From a virus: 64,000 nucleotides of DNA. The notes beneath the pieces are model-generated. The model made no database searches, had not been told where the DNA came from, and was given only the letters and a program-made list of their open reading frames with translations. This document shows, in pieces, positions 10,215-20,556 of this stretch (within the stretch, counting starts at the first letter, position 1; each line of letters opens with the position of its first letter). The position numbers were made by a program, and so were the translations under genes. The stretch covers positions 9,275-73,274 of the IMG/VR virus record IMGVR_UViG_3300027782_000072, one strand, 5' to 3'.

Positions 10215-10622
10215 ATGGCTAATCTTTACGGACTTGACGCTGGCGGCAACGCAGCTTATGTAAAGGCTACTGGCGCTGGTTCCAATGGCGATCCGTTCCT
10301 CGTGCAGAACGATGCGTTTACCACACAACTGAAGAGTGCCTTCATTTCAGCTTCTGGTAATGCTGATGTTGTCGCATTGGTTAGTAGCACGAAGCTTCGC
10401 GTGATGTCGATGGCAGTAACCTCGCTGTCTGGCTGCACGGTGAAGATTCAGAGTGGAGGTTCCACTGACAAGACTCCTCCGTTTCACATTGCGGCCAATG
10501 GCAATCTGACGCTCTCAAACAGTCTTGGCATTTTTGAAAGCAACATTGGTGAAAAGCTTAATGCTGTGGTAAGTGGCACCACCATTTATACGGTGATGCT
10601 CTCCTATCGCGAAGTGGTATGA
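10215..10622 (+). CDS. putative virion structural protein
   Basis: Beta-rich ORF, tightly packed in the tail operon. Confidence 0.5.
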   Translation: MANLYGLDAGGNAAYVKATGAGSNGDPFLVQNDAFTTQLKSAFISASGNADVVALVSSTKLRVMSMAVTSLSGCTVKIQSGGSTDKTPPFHIAANGNLTLSNSLGIFESNIGEKLNAVVSGTTIYTVMLSYREVV

Positions 10623-11329
10623 GTTACGTTGTTGCTAGCAAGAATATTCCGAAGATTGATCTCGCTTTGTTTGAGCGCGATTTCTTCGATGGGGCACAGT
10701 TCCTTCTGCAGGACAGCACTGGCGCCCCATGGAATCTTAATAATGTAACAATTTGTGCTTCCATTTATAAGAAAGTTGGCACTGCTTACACGCTAGTAAC
10801 AAGCTTCAACACTGAAAAGCTAGAGCCGCTGACAAAAGGACAAGTGAGGATTTGGCTATCCAGCGCTCAGACTGCCACCGTCGAGGCCGCCTACGACGCG
10901 GGACAGCAGAGTGCAGGCGCAAGTGCCTTCTTCCCCACTGCTTACGCTTCACAGGCCGATAGTTCAGCTACCTACGAAAACAGCAATCTTTACTGGGACT
11001 TGCGCATTGAAACCCAAGAAAGGCTGGCCGATTTGGTTTCCATTGCTACTGGCACATTCATCACGCAGACAGATCATGGTCTTGGCTCAACTGAGCGCGT
11101 AGTGTTTAGCGGAACAACTACTAGTTCCATCAACTATGATGGGACAAGCGCAAAAATTTATTCAAGCTTGTCAAACATTTCTTATTTAGCGCCCTATGGT
11201 TTTACTGTGCCAGCATTGTCTGGTATTACTAATGCCGCAGTTGGTGGAAGTGTTTCTAGACTAAAGCAAGATACAGTGGTGGTTGGCAATGTGATTGTCA
11301 ACTCTACAGTTTCCAACTGTTTTTCGTAA
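10619..11329 (+). CDS. putative baseplate/fibre adaptor (BppU-like N-terminus)
   Basis: Pattern GQVRIWLSSAQT...YWDLRIE; tail operon context. Confidence 0.45.
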   Translation: MSYVVASKNIPKIDLALFERDFFDGAQFLLQDSTGAPWNLNNVTICASIYKKVGTAYTLVTSFNTEKLEPLTKGQVRIWLSSAQTATVEAAYDAGQQSAGASAFFPTAYASQADSSATYENSNLYWDLRIETQERLADLVSIATGTFITQTDHGLGSTERVVFSGTTTSSINYDGTSAKIYSSLSNISYLAPYGFTVPALSGITNAAVGGSVSRLKQDTVVVGNVIVNSTVSNCFS

Positions 11330-11335
11330 GCAATC

Positions 11336-13084
11336 ATGGCTGATCTTCAAGAGGGTGTAAGTGTCGTAACGGTTGGACGTACTGCGCCCATCCCTCCTGG
11401 CCCTCAGTTAGCCGCTGATAGTCTTCCAGTGGTCATTGCTTCTGATCAAGATGCAGTGCCTGTAGAGGTGCAGAACCAGCAGATTAGTGAAGTTAGCCTG
11501 AGCTTGCTTGGCATTCCTCGCGCGGAAGTGGCGCTTGGCATTTTTGCTGACGTTACCACATACGACATCAACTCCAACGAATGGCAAAGTGAAGGCACTG
11601 GCACCACCACTCACGTGCCCACGGAAAGTGCTGCAAAGGTGAGTCTCGGCACTGGCGTGACCAATGCATATCAAACTTTAAGCAGCAAGCGTTTCTTCCG
11701 TTATCAGCCCGGTCGTGTTAGTGCTGCCACGTTTGGTGTGAGGGTTAATACCACCACTGACATCACTGACGTTAAGAAGTTTGGCGCATTTGACAAGAAG
11801 GATGGATACTACATTGAAGTGCAAGGTGGTGGACAAACTGCTATTTCTGATAAGGAAACCAACTTCTATTGCGTGAGACGCACCAGCGCTTTAGAAAGCA
11901 ACGAAACTGGCATTCGCACCCCTAATACTGTCGATGGGGATCGCGGCACTGCTGGCACTGACTTGGTGATTGTACGTGCTGGCCTTACTTACATTCACGC
12001 TGCATTGTTTGATCGTAGCCTTAGGGGAAGTGGCAATAATATTGGCGGCAACGCATCATCTTCTGGAGCCGTTACTGTCAGCGCTTCATTTCTGACAGTG
12101 CCAAATGATTATCGCTACACCTATGAATATCGCGTACCGCGTAAATATTTCAGCCATGATCGTTTGGATGGTCAAACTCGCACTCAATATTATTCTGATC
12201 GCACGCCTGGCCGCTCCAGCTTCACGCTAAGCATTGCTGGCACTGCTGATTCCCCATTGGTTTCCTACACCAACGGCACTGCCGTAACGGACGACTTAAA
12301 TAATATCACTACAAAGGCATCAGTTTGGTCGATTGACTTCTCTAAGGTGACCATGTATAAAGTGGAATATAGCTGGTATGGTGCTGTTGGCGGCCATTTC
12401 CTTGCTTATGTTCCAGATGCTACCACTGCTGGAGAAGCACGATGGGTGAGGATTCATCATCTTCGCGCCTCTAATCAACTGACGAGCCCTAGCCTTAGCA
12501 ATCCAACGCTGCCGATTTCGTACCTTGCTCAAAAGGCCACCAGTGGTAATGAGAATTCCATTTACAAATATGGTGCTTCTTACTACATTGATGGTGGCGA
12601 CAAAGGAACAATTGTTGCACGGTCACAAAGCAATACTGCTGACAGGAGCGTCACCACAAGCACTTCCATGCTGATGGCTCTACGCACTAGGAGCGCCATT
12701 GGAAGCAGCTCCATTCGCAATCGCATGCAAGTATATCCCACTCGCTTGGGAGTTGGCACCGATGCCAGAACTATTATTAGGCTCATCAAGAATCCCACGT
12801 CCACCACTGGCACTCCCTCATGGACCACGGCTGATACACTTAGCCCCATTGAATATAGTCTTAGCACTAGCATCACGGCTCCCGTTGGCGGCATTACCGT
12901 GGCAACTTTTTTTGTTGGCGCTGGTGGTGTTGATATTGATTTGTCACCATACTTTGGCTACAACAAAGACTACCTTTCCTATCCATTGACAGCCACTTCT
13001 GGAGACACTCTCTATGTATTTGCACAAGCAGTTAGCGGCACTGTCAGCACAAGCGCATCACTTACTTGGGAAGAGCAAGTGTGA
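11336..13084 (+). CDS. virion structural protein, YQPG family paralog 1
   Basis: Motifs RFFRYQPGR, MYKVEYSWYGA, YIDGGDKG and C-terminal LTWEEQ. Confidence 0.65.
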   Translation: MADLQEGVSVVTVGRTAPIPPGPQLAADSLPVVIASDQDAVPVEVQNQQISEVSLSLLGIPRAEVALGIFADVTTYDINSNEWQSEGTGTTTHVPTESAAKVSLGTGVTNAYQTLSSKRFFRYQPGRVSAATFGVRVNTTTDITDVKKFGAFDKKDGYYIEVQGGGQTAISDKETNFYCVRRTSALESNETGIRTPNTVDGDRGTAGTDLVIVRAGLTYIHAALFDRSLRGSGNNIGGNASSSGAVTVSASFLTVPNDYRYTYEYRVPRKYFSHDRLDGQTRTQYYSDRTPGRSSFTLSIAGTADSPLVSYTNGTAVTDDLNNITTKASVWSIDFSKVTMYKVEYSWYGAVGGHFLAYVPDATTAGEARWVRIHHLRASNQLTSPSLSNPTLPISYLAQKATSGNENSIYKYGASYYIDGGDKGTIVARSQSNTADRSVTTSTSMLMALRTRSAIGSSSIRNRMQVYPTRLGVGTDARTIIRLIKNPTSTTGTPSWTTADTLSPIEYSLSTSITAPVGGITVATFFVGAGGVDIDLSPYFGYNKDYLSYPLTATSGDTLYVFAQAVSGTVSTSASLTWEEQV

Positions 13085-13097
13085 GCGGAACTAGACA

Positions 13098-15449
13098 ATG
13101 AAAGACCTGTCTAGTTACTACCAACTTCCAGAAGATGTTGCTCCTGCAGGAGAAATTTCTGTTGAGAGTGACTTGCTTGATTACGAAACTGGCGTATTGT
13201 TAGTTGACGGCAACACGCAAAGCGGCCTTACTGGTGAAACATTCGAAACAGTAGTTTCGGCCAGTGGAGTGGTATATCCAACGCTGATTACAAATGAAGC
13301 AAGCAGTCCAGTAATTGTAAATGTTATCAATCAAAGCCAGAGTGAAGTTGACACTTCATTGCTTGGCATTCCACGCTCGGAAGTAGCACTTGGATTGTTT
13401 GATGCTATTAATGTTTATGGCGTTAATTCCAAGGAATGGACTGGATATAGCGCCTATTCGTACTATTACGACCCATCGTCTTGGACCTTTAGAGATAATT
13501 ATGGCAATTATGTAAGACATGTGCCAGCAGAGTGTGCAGTACAGGCATATTGCTTTCCGCCTCCGGCCTCTTTCGCTTATCCAGTGGATGACAATACTGG
13601 AGTGTATCCGGGAGGCTACAAAAATGGCTCCATGATTTCCTATTGGGAAACCAAGCGTTCATTCCGCTACCAGCCAGGACGCATCAATGGCATGACATTT
13701 GGCATTCGCATGTCAACGGGTAGCAATTGGGATGGGGAGGTAATTCAATGGGGATGCCGTAATTCCTACGGAGATGGTTATTATTTCCAGCTTGAAAAAG
13801 GCACAAATTTATATATCATTTATACGAGTCCCAATGGCACGTTTAAGATTCCAAGGATTGAATGGAATGGCGATTTAGTTTCAATTGACAGAAGCGCCAC
13901 TGGATGGGTATTGGATCTTTCTCATGTGACTATGTTCAAAGTAGAATATAGTTGGTATGGTGCCATTGGAGCCAGATTCCTAGCGTATGTGCCTGTGGGT
14001 CATGATGAGGCACGATGGGTGGTGCTACACACTGTGCTTGCTTCCAATACGTTTGAACTGCCAAGCCTGCGTAGTCCATTCTTTAAAGTCTTCACCCAAG
14101 TGGTTACTACGGCTGGATGTCCTCAAGCTGCATTTATTAATTTGTACGGTAGTAGTGTTTACATTGACGGTGGTGATAAGGGCACTGTCACCCTTGGCAA
14201 TGCCGTATTAAATTCTGAAAAAAATATTGACAGCACAAGTCGCACCATTCTGGGCTTGCAAGTTAAGGGGCAAATCAATGGAGTGGATAATCAAAAAACA
14301 GTTTATCCAGTGAGCTTGGCAGCATATGCATCAGTCAATACACGCTTTGATTTAATGTTTCAGAGCAATGGTATTTATAACGGCGAGCATTATCAATATG
14401 GCAATGGCACAGTTTTATCTCGTGGTGCTAGTTCTACCATTGCAGTGACAAGTGTTGGTGGTAATCCTTATATATGGCAAGGAACATTTCCGAATGTTGC
14501 CAATGAAGTGTCCGGTTTAACTAATTATTTTTCTGGTCGTCGGGCACGAGTGACTGGTGCTGGCATCTATAACACGCATATTACGGCTGTCAATAGTGGC
14601 CTCACGCAAATTACAACTGATCGTCCACTCCCATTGTCCACCACTTCCATTCGCTTGTCGAGGATGGATGCATCAGCAGTGGGCACTGTAGCCATTCCCA
14701 GCGGCACCACTCAAGGCACCATCTTTGTCACCGATGGGGCCGGTCAATGGCGAATGGGAGCGTGGCCACAATCAAGCGGCCTCACCTACACCACTTCTGG
14801 CAATGTTCTTTGGTTCCAAAGTCGTTATACAGGATTAGCTTTTAATAATGCTGGCAGCATTGTCGGAGAAAATACAGCTCCATATGGCCCCATTTCCCCA
14901 GTTGGTTTTACTGTAGCTGTGTCAAGTGGCACTAACACCAGCACGTTGAATTTTAATGGGCAAGTATTGACTGTTTCCGGTACCAATCCTTGGCCTATTT
15001 CTATTGTTGCTGAAGTGATGGACAGTTCACAACTAAGCGATGTCGTATTGGCTTACGGCACTTCTTCTGGGCTTACAGTGCAGGGTAGCGGCTCTACAAC
15101 GGCTATCACCACGTGGACAGTTAGTGGCGTCACGCAAAGCGCTACAACGGCTGGAGGCACTTCCTACGTGGCCAATAAGTTTGAGAACGATCCTAATAAT
15201 CCGCTATCGGCTGTTCTCATAGACAAACAAGGCTATCGCACGTTGTATTCTCCGCAGCCAGTTGCTACGTTCTTTATTGGAAGTGGTGAAACGAAGCAGT
15301 TTGATCTCAGCAATGTGTTTGGGCCTGATAAGATGTTTATAACGGGAGCGCCAGGGACTGTGTACAATTCAGGCGCACTATTCTTGGTTGCAACTGCTCG
15401 CACTGGTAGTGGCATTGCTTCCGCTACGCTTAATTGGGAGGAACAATAA
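13098..15449 (+). CDS. virion structural protein, YQPG family paralog 2
   Basis: Motifs RSFRYQPGR, MFKVEYSWYGA, YIDGGDKG and LNWEEQ; carries a large internal insert. Confidence 0.65.
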   Translation: MKDLSSYYQLPEDVAPAGEISVESDLLDYETGVLLVDGNTQSGLTGETFETVVSASGVVYPTLITNEASSPVIVNVINQSQSEVDTSLLGIPRSEVALGLFDAINVYGVNSKEWTGYSAYSYYYDPSSWTFRDNYGNYVRHVPAECAVQAYCFPPPASFAYPVDDNTGVYPGGYKNGSMISYWETKRSFRYQPGRINGMTFGIRMSTGSNWDGEVIQWGCRNSYGDGYYFQLEKGTNLYIIYTSPNGTFKIPRIEWNGDLVSIDRSATGWVLDLSHVTMFKVEYSWYGAIGARFLAYVPVGHDEARWVVLHTVLASNTFELPSLRSPFFKVFTQVVTTAGCPQAAFINLYGSSVYIDGGDKGTVTLGNAVLNSEKNIDSTSRTILGLQVKGQINGVDNQKTVYPVSLAAYASVNTRFDLMFQSNGIYNGEHYQYGNGTVLSRGASSTIAVTSVGGNPYIWQGTFPNVANEVSGLTNYFSGRRARVTGAGIYNTHITAVNSGLTQITTDRPLPLSTTSIRLSRMDASAVGTVAIPSGTTQGTIFVTDGAGQWRMGAWPQSSGLTYTTSGNVLWFQSRYTGLAFNNAGSIVGENTAPYGPISPVGFTVAVSSGTNTSTLNFNGQVLTVSGTNPWPISIVAEVMDSSQLSDVVLAYGTSSGLTVQGSGSTTAITTWTVSGVTQSATTAGGTSYVANKFENDPNNPLSAVLIDKQGYRTLYSPQPVATFFIGSGETKQFDLSNVFGPDKMFITGAPGTVYNSGALFLVATARTGSGIASATLNWEEQ

Positions 15450-17203
15450 TGGCTCTCACTGGACTTGTTGCGGCAAACAATTTAAGCGATGTTGTTGACA
15501 TTGAACGCACTTGGGACAATATTGGCAATAACATTTCCGCAACTGTATTTGTCCCGGCAGCTACGCTTGATTTAAACTTTGCAGGCAACAAAAGTCTTGT
15601 TGACAATATTAGCGGAAGTGGTTTAGTTACTTTTACAAGGGCATCTAGCGGCACCTTTGTTGGCAGCAATGGCCTCATTCAAACTGCTGCTAGTGGTGTG
15701 CCACGGTTTGATCACAACCCGACAACGGGGGAGAGCCTTGGGCTGTTGGTGGAGGAGGACAGGACGAACAGTTTCATTTATTCCAATACATTTACTGACG
15801 CTAGCTGGGGTCAGATATATGGCACTACTATTACACGCACTGCCAGCGCCGCTGTCTCCCCAGATGGCACATCTAATGCCACTCAAATAACTGCAACTGA
15901 TGCTAATTTTGTTCGCCAGCAGGCAGTAGGCGACACCACAACAATTCGCACACTATCTTTTTTTGCAAAAGCTGGAACTGCTTCCACTATTTCTGTAAGA
16001 TTTTTTAGCGGCACAGCGCCTACTTCACCTACTGCGACCTTTAACCTTTCAACTGGCGCGGCTACAGTTAGTGATGCTTCAGTGATGACTGCAAGCATTG
16101 TGCAATTTTCGAACGGATGGTATCGCTGCATTTGCTGTCGTACTGATGCTGCAAGCAAAGCCCCACCAGACTTTAATTTTGGCGTCGGCACGACTTTTAT
16201 TTACGGCGCCCAACTCGAAGCAGGCGCCTTCCCCACCTCCTACATCCCCACCACCACCATTCCCCTGCTTCGTTCCGCTGACGTGGTAAGCATTACGGGA
16301 AGCAATTTTTCGAGGTGGTATAACGAAAGCCAGGGAACGTTTTTTGTATCAGCGAGACAGTCAAGTTATAGTTATGGTCAGGCTCTGGTTGGTCTTGGCA
16401 CGGGGACTGGAGCCCTTGGACTGGATTACGCTGGCACTACAACTACAAAGGGCGGAAGCTGGTGGAATGGCGGTACAGCAATTGGAACTTCTAATTATGC
16501 GGACTGGGGAAATGGAGCAAAACTTATAGGCTCATATACATCTAGTAATCGTTATTTATGTTTAAATGGTGGTGCTATAGCTTCTAATGCCAGCACTTTG
16601 ATTAATGGTGGCTTAATGCGTATTGGGCAGAGTTACAACACTAATGGATTAAATTCCAATGGCACTATTGCCCGTCTTGCTTACTATCCCATCCAGCTAT
16701 CTAACACCGCTCTTCAGGTATTAACCACATCCGGCCCAGTATCAAGCTTTCCATATTCTTTCTCCATCAAAGGCCGCGACATTCTTGCGCTAAAGGAAGT
16801 AAACAAAACGTCCACTCGCGATTTTGTTTTTATTAAGGGACTCCTTTCTCGGGTCCAACCACGCATTAACACTGCTTCTCAATACACTGCTTCTGGCGTG
16901 GCATTGCGTAATGCAGCAATGCTAAAAGTGGCACCAACCACTATTGGCAATTATTTCTTTTCTTCTGGCCTCACACTTAGTGGCACCACTGTTCAAATCA
17001 ATGGCACCAACGCTCGTTCCATTGCCACCTCCCCTTTCAGCGGCTCCACAGCCCTCTATCCCCTGCTCTTTGGTGGCCTACGCCCTCAAGCTAACTGGCG
17101 CATCACGGAGCCCATGACAAGTGGCACTGTCACATCCCCTGAAAGCGCTATTCCCATTGAGACTAGTGATTTCCTATTATTTATTAAGGCGGGGCAAAGC
17201 TAA
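15449..17203 (+). CDS. tail fibre/spike protein with carbohydrate-binding-like cassette
   Basis: N-terminal NNLSDV; TFTRASSGT...PRFDH...GLLVEE; QLEAGAFPTSYIPT. Confidence 0.7.
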   Translation: MALTGLVAANNLSDVVDIERTWDNIGNNISATVFVPAATLDLNFAGNKSLVDNISGSGLVTFTRASSGTFVGSNGLIQTAASGVPRFDHNPTTGESLGLLVEEDRTNSFIYSNTFTDASWGQIYGTTITRTASAAVSPDGTSNATQITATDANFVRQQAVGDTTTIRTLSFFAKAGTASTISVRFFSGTAPTSPTATFNLSTGAATVSDASVMTASIVQFSNGWYRCICCRTDAASKAPPDFNFGVGTTFIYGAQLEAGAFPTSYIPTTTIPLLRSADVVSITGSNFSRWYNESQGTFFVSARQSSYSYGQALVGLGTGTGALGLDYAGTTTTKGGSWWNGGTAIGTSNYADWGNGAKLIGSYTSSNRYLCLNGGAIASNASTLINGGLMRIGQSYNTNGLNSNGTIARLAYYPIQLSNTALQVLTTSGPVSSFPYSFSIKGRDILALKEVNKTSTRDFVFIKGLLSRVQPRINTASQYTASGVALRNAAMLKVAPTTIGNYFFSSGLTLSGTTVQINGTNARSIATSPFSGSTALYPLLFGGLRPQANWRITEPMTSGTVTSPESAIPIETSDFLLFIKAGQS

Positions 17204-18507
17204 TGAGTCAGCAATATGGTTTTAGGGCATCTAACAATCTTTCTGAAACTGAAAACCACAATTTATGCCTTGATAATTTAGGCATCAATAGGAATGATTT
17301 GCCTTTGTTGGAAGGCACTAGTGCGTCTGGCGTTACGGAAGCAGACTATCAAGCCATCATTGGACTGAGGAGCGCTCTGGAAGGGCAAGTGACGGCCCTC
17401 TCGGCATTCTCGCTATCTGGTTTCACAGCGGTGGCATCAAAAGCCACTGCCACTGGTGATACTTTTACTGGTAATATTATTGTTGACAGGGTTAATAATG
17501 ATCGTCCATATACGCCTTTAAATGGCACTATCATTGGACCATCAACTGTTTCTTATTTCTCTCCAACGGCTAGTGGCGTATTCTCCACTGGCGGAGAATA
17601 TAAGCTTGGCCCTATCACTGCTGGCACCGTTACCACTAGCGGCGTTAATTACACTGGCACCGTGCAGGAATGGAACCCACGCTTTGAACGCTACAAAAAT
17701 TATCTCAGGGTGCAGGAGCAGCCTTCGTGGACTGTTCGTTACTCCCCATTGTATCTCCCCCCTCCCACTGTTATTAGTGGTTGTCAATTATGGCTTGATG
17801 CGGAATACAGCACGTTTGAACTCGACGGTAGTAGCAACGTAGTTGTTTGGAGGAGCCTTGTTGGCGGTACTATTGCTTCGCAGGCTACTCTTGCAAATCG
17901 TCCTGTTTTTACCACCAATGTAATGAATGGCAAACCCGCTGTTCGTTTCGATGGGTCCAATGATTTCTTGAGTCTGAGCAATATTGGTGCATCATTTACC
18001 ACTGCAGCAACGATGGTAAGCATTGTGCGCGTGTTAGATGGCGATTACAACGTTCTTAGCTCCTTGAACAATAGTAGCTGTCGATGGAATAATGGAAGTG
18101 GCGCTGGCACGTGGGGACTGTTTACTACTGCCCTACAGAGCAGCTTTCCTGCTGGCATGCCCTTTAATGGCACGTGGGTGGTGTCAATGCGCATCAATGC
18201 TGCCTACGGCCTGGAGATAAGGCTCAATGGGACAAGGCTTGATTACAAGAGCACTGGCTTCACTTTCACTGGTGGCGACACCTTCAACATTGGTGCCACT
18301 GCTGGGCCTGCTGGATATTTAAACGGCGACATTCATTCCATTGCTCTCTTCAATAGAGTGTTAACGGACAAAGAACTTAGAACCATTGAAGAATGCTTTG
18401 CATGGCGCTATGATGGCATTTACGATCCTGATCGCTCTTCACAAGTACTACAACTGGAAGACTTTGCTACGATTGAACTGGAAGATGGTTCCGTGCTAAA
18501 CCCTTGA
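17203..18507 (+). CDS. tail fibre protein with LamG/concanavalin-like domain
   Basis: Motifs LWLDA, PAVRFDGSNDFL and GDIHSIALFNRVLT. Confidence 0.65.
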   Translation: MSQQYGFRASNNLSETENHNLCLDNLGINRNDLPLLEGTSASGVTEADYQAIIGLRSALEGQVTALSAFSLSGFTAVASKATATGDTFTGNIIVDRVNNDRPYTPLNGTIIGPSTVSYFSPTASGVFSTGGEYKLGPITAGTVTTSGVNYTGTVQEWNPRFERYKNYLRVQEQPSWTVRYSPLYLPPPTVISGCQLWLDAEYSTFELDGSSNVVVWRSLVGGTIASQATLANRPVFTTNVMNGKPAVRFDGSNDFLSLSNIGASFTTAATMVSIVRVLDGDYNVLSSLNNSSCRWNNGSGAGTWGLFTTALQSSFPAGMPFNGTWVVSMRINAAYGLEIRLNGTRLDYKSTGFTFTGGDTFNIGATAGPAGYLNGDIHSIALFNRVLTDKELRTIEECFAWRYDGIYDPDRSSQVLQLEDFATIELEDGSVLNP

Positions 18508-18514
18508 GCGCACA

Positions 18515-19285
18515 ATGACAAAAATTTCTCAGCTTACAAGTATTGGTACGGGATTAGCTGCGGATGATGAATTTATCATTCGTGACGTTAGTGATGCTTC
18601 CACGCCTAATAAGAAAGTAACAGCTAGTGGATTTTTTGCCATTGCCAATACGCTAGGCATCACTGGATTTGACAATATTTTGGCTGGCTTGCCTAATACT
18701 GGCACGCAAGTGCGAGTTATTAGTTCTGGCATTGCTGCTGGCATTTCTGGCTATGCCTATACGACTATCAGTGGCATTCAAGTGGCTCGTACCACTATTT
18801 CTGGCTACTACGAAAATGCTGCTGGTACTGCCAGTGGTGTTCTTTTCCCAGTGGTCACGCAAACCGACATTGGCACCGATCCTAATCAAGTGCCAGTGTG
18901 TGGAATGCTTGGTTCCATGGCATTCTCGAATTTTCCATTTTGGCGAGGAGGAAGCGATACTACTACAACTACTGGCACATTAATTGTTGATGGTAGTTCA
19001 TACGATAGGTTTAACTATACGGCCAGCATGGCAGGTAATGTAACTGTGCAGTTAGATAATTTGACCAATGGAAGAGAAACAAAACTGTATGTGAGAAATA
19101 CTAATGCCACGGCTCGCACAGTCACTTTTGCAGGATCTACTACTACTAGCGGTCACACTGGTGTGCCATTGTCACCTGGCAATGGAGGAACATCAGTGAG
19201 TGGCATAACGCTTTCCGGTTCTACTGGTACGGCTATTGTGTGGGTGGGAAATATTAATGGCACCATCGTTGGAGGCTTATTCTGA
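18515..19285 (+). CDS. tail fibre protein
   Basis: N-terminal KISQLT and IGTDPNQVP...LGSMAF fibre motifs. Confidence 0.6.
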   Translation: MTKISQLTSIGTGLAADDEFIIRDVSDASTPNKKVTASGFFAIANTLGITGFDNILAGLPNTGTQVRVISSGIAAGISGYAYTTISGIQVARTTISGYYENAAGTASGVLFPVVTQTDIGTDPNQVPVCGMLGSMAFSNFPFWRGGSDTTTTTGTLIVDGSSYDRFNYTASMAGNVTVQLDNLTNGRETKLYVRNTNATARTVTFAGSTTTSGHTGVPLSPGNGGTSVSGITLSGSTGTAIVWVGNINGTIVGGLF

Positions 19286-20556
19286 TGACCATTAAAGCGC
19301 TTTACCCAACCATTCGTCCATCGCTTGATTTAAATTTTGCACGCACTAGAGCACTAGATCCACGCATCACCTTCACTCGTGCATCTACTGGCACTTTTGT
19401 AGGCAGCAATGGCCTCATTCAAACTGCTGCTAGCGGAGTGCCACGCTTTGACTTTCATCCAACTACAGGAGAGAGCTTGGGGCTATTAATGGAGGAGGCA
19501 AGGACAAATAGCCTTTGGCCGAGTGAGCCAACTACGGCGACTTTGCGAAACGGTACAGGCTCACCAGGAAACACCTGGGCGGTCTATGATGGAACAGTTT
19601 CTTCCGCAAGCAGAAATACGATTGGAGGTCTAGAAGTAACAATTAATTCAACTTTAGATAACAATGGGTTCAGTGGTGGCAATGCAACAAACTGGGGAGG
19701 CATTGGAGGCGGCGGTAATCATGCACTTGGCACTGTTGCAAGTGTATCTTTGTTTATTAATCCTCTGACGTGGACTGGAAACATTTGGATTGGAAAATTA
19801 CCACAAGATGGCAACACCACTTTCGTCGCGCAAACTTTTCAGTTATTTAACAATGGAATTTATACGGGCCCTGCTTCCAATGTAAAAGCAATTTTTTCAG
19901 ACGGCACCTACTGGTTGCACCACATTGCGTGGACTGACTTAAGTACCAACACCGCTGCGGGCCAGTTTCTCGTCCTCTTTACCACCACACCTGGGGATAA
20001 CATTAAAAAATTCTGGGCTGGTGGTTTTCAATGGGAAGCGGGTGCTTTTTCCACCTCCTACATCCCCACCACTTCTTCTACTGTCACTCGTGCTGCTGAC
20101 TCGGCAAGTATCGATGGGGCTAATTTTAATAGTTGGTATAATCAAAGCAGTGGTTCTGTTGTTGTTAATGTATTAGCCTCTCAGGGAACGAGGCCCCCCG
20201 TTGCGGCTGCCTCTGTCCTAGGGATTACTCCAAGTGCTGGGGTAGTGCCTGGTAATTTAATCTATCAAAATACAGATAGCAATGGTACTTGGTACACTTA
20301 CGATTCTGGAATCTTAGAATTGGTGCAAACTGTTAGCCTTAACCCTAATGGAAATAAATTTGCGTGGGGATTAACTGCTGGCGCGAGTAGCGTAGCTGTA
20401 AAAGATGGCGTAACGCGAGGAAATTACTCGTGGTCGTCTGTTACTAGAACTGGTTTCTTGATTGGCACCGAGAACAACGGATCTATTAGGTGGAAAAGAC
20501 TCACCTACTACCCCGTCCGGCTGCCCGACGCCCAACTTCAGGCCCTCACGCAATGA
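19285..20556 (+). CDS. fibre/spike paralog
   Basis: Shares LDLNFA, TFTRAS, GESLGLLMEEARTN and TSYIPT with 15449..17203. Confidence 0.7.
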   Translation: MTIKALYPTIRPSLDLNFARTRALDPRITFTRASTGTFVGSNGLIQTAASGVPRFDFHPTTGESLGLLMEEARTNSLWPSEPTTATLRNGTGSPGNTWAVYDGTVSSASRNTIGGLEVTINSTLDNNGFSGGNATNWGGIGGGGNHALGTVASVSLFINPLTWTGNIWIGKLPQDGNTTFVAQTFQLFNNGIYTGPASNVKAIFSDGTYWLHHIAWTDLSTNTAAGQFLVLFTTTPGDNIKKFWAGGFQWEAGAFSTSYIPTTSSTVTRAADSASIDGANFNSWYNQSSGSVVVNVLASQGTRPPVAAASVLGITPSAGVVPGNLIYQNTDSNGTWYTYDSGILELVQTVSLNPNGNKFAWGLTAGASSVAVKDGVTRGNYSWSSVTRTGFLIGTENNGSIRWKRLTYYPVRLPDAQLQALTQ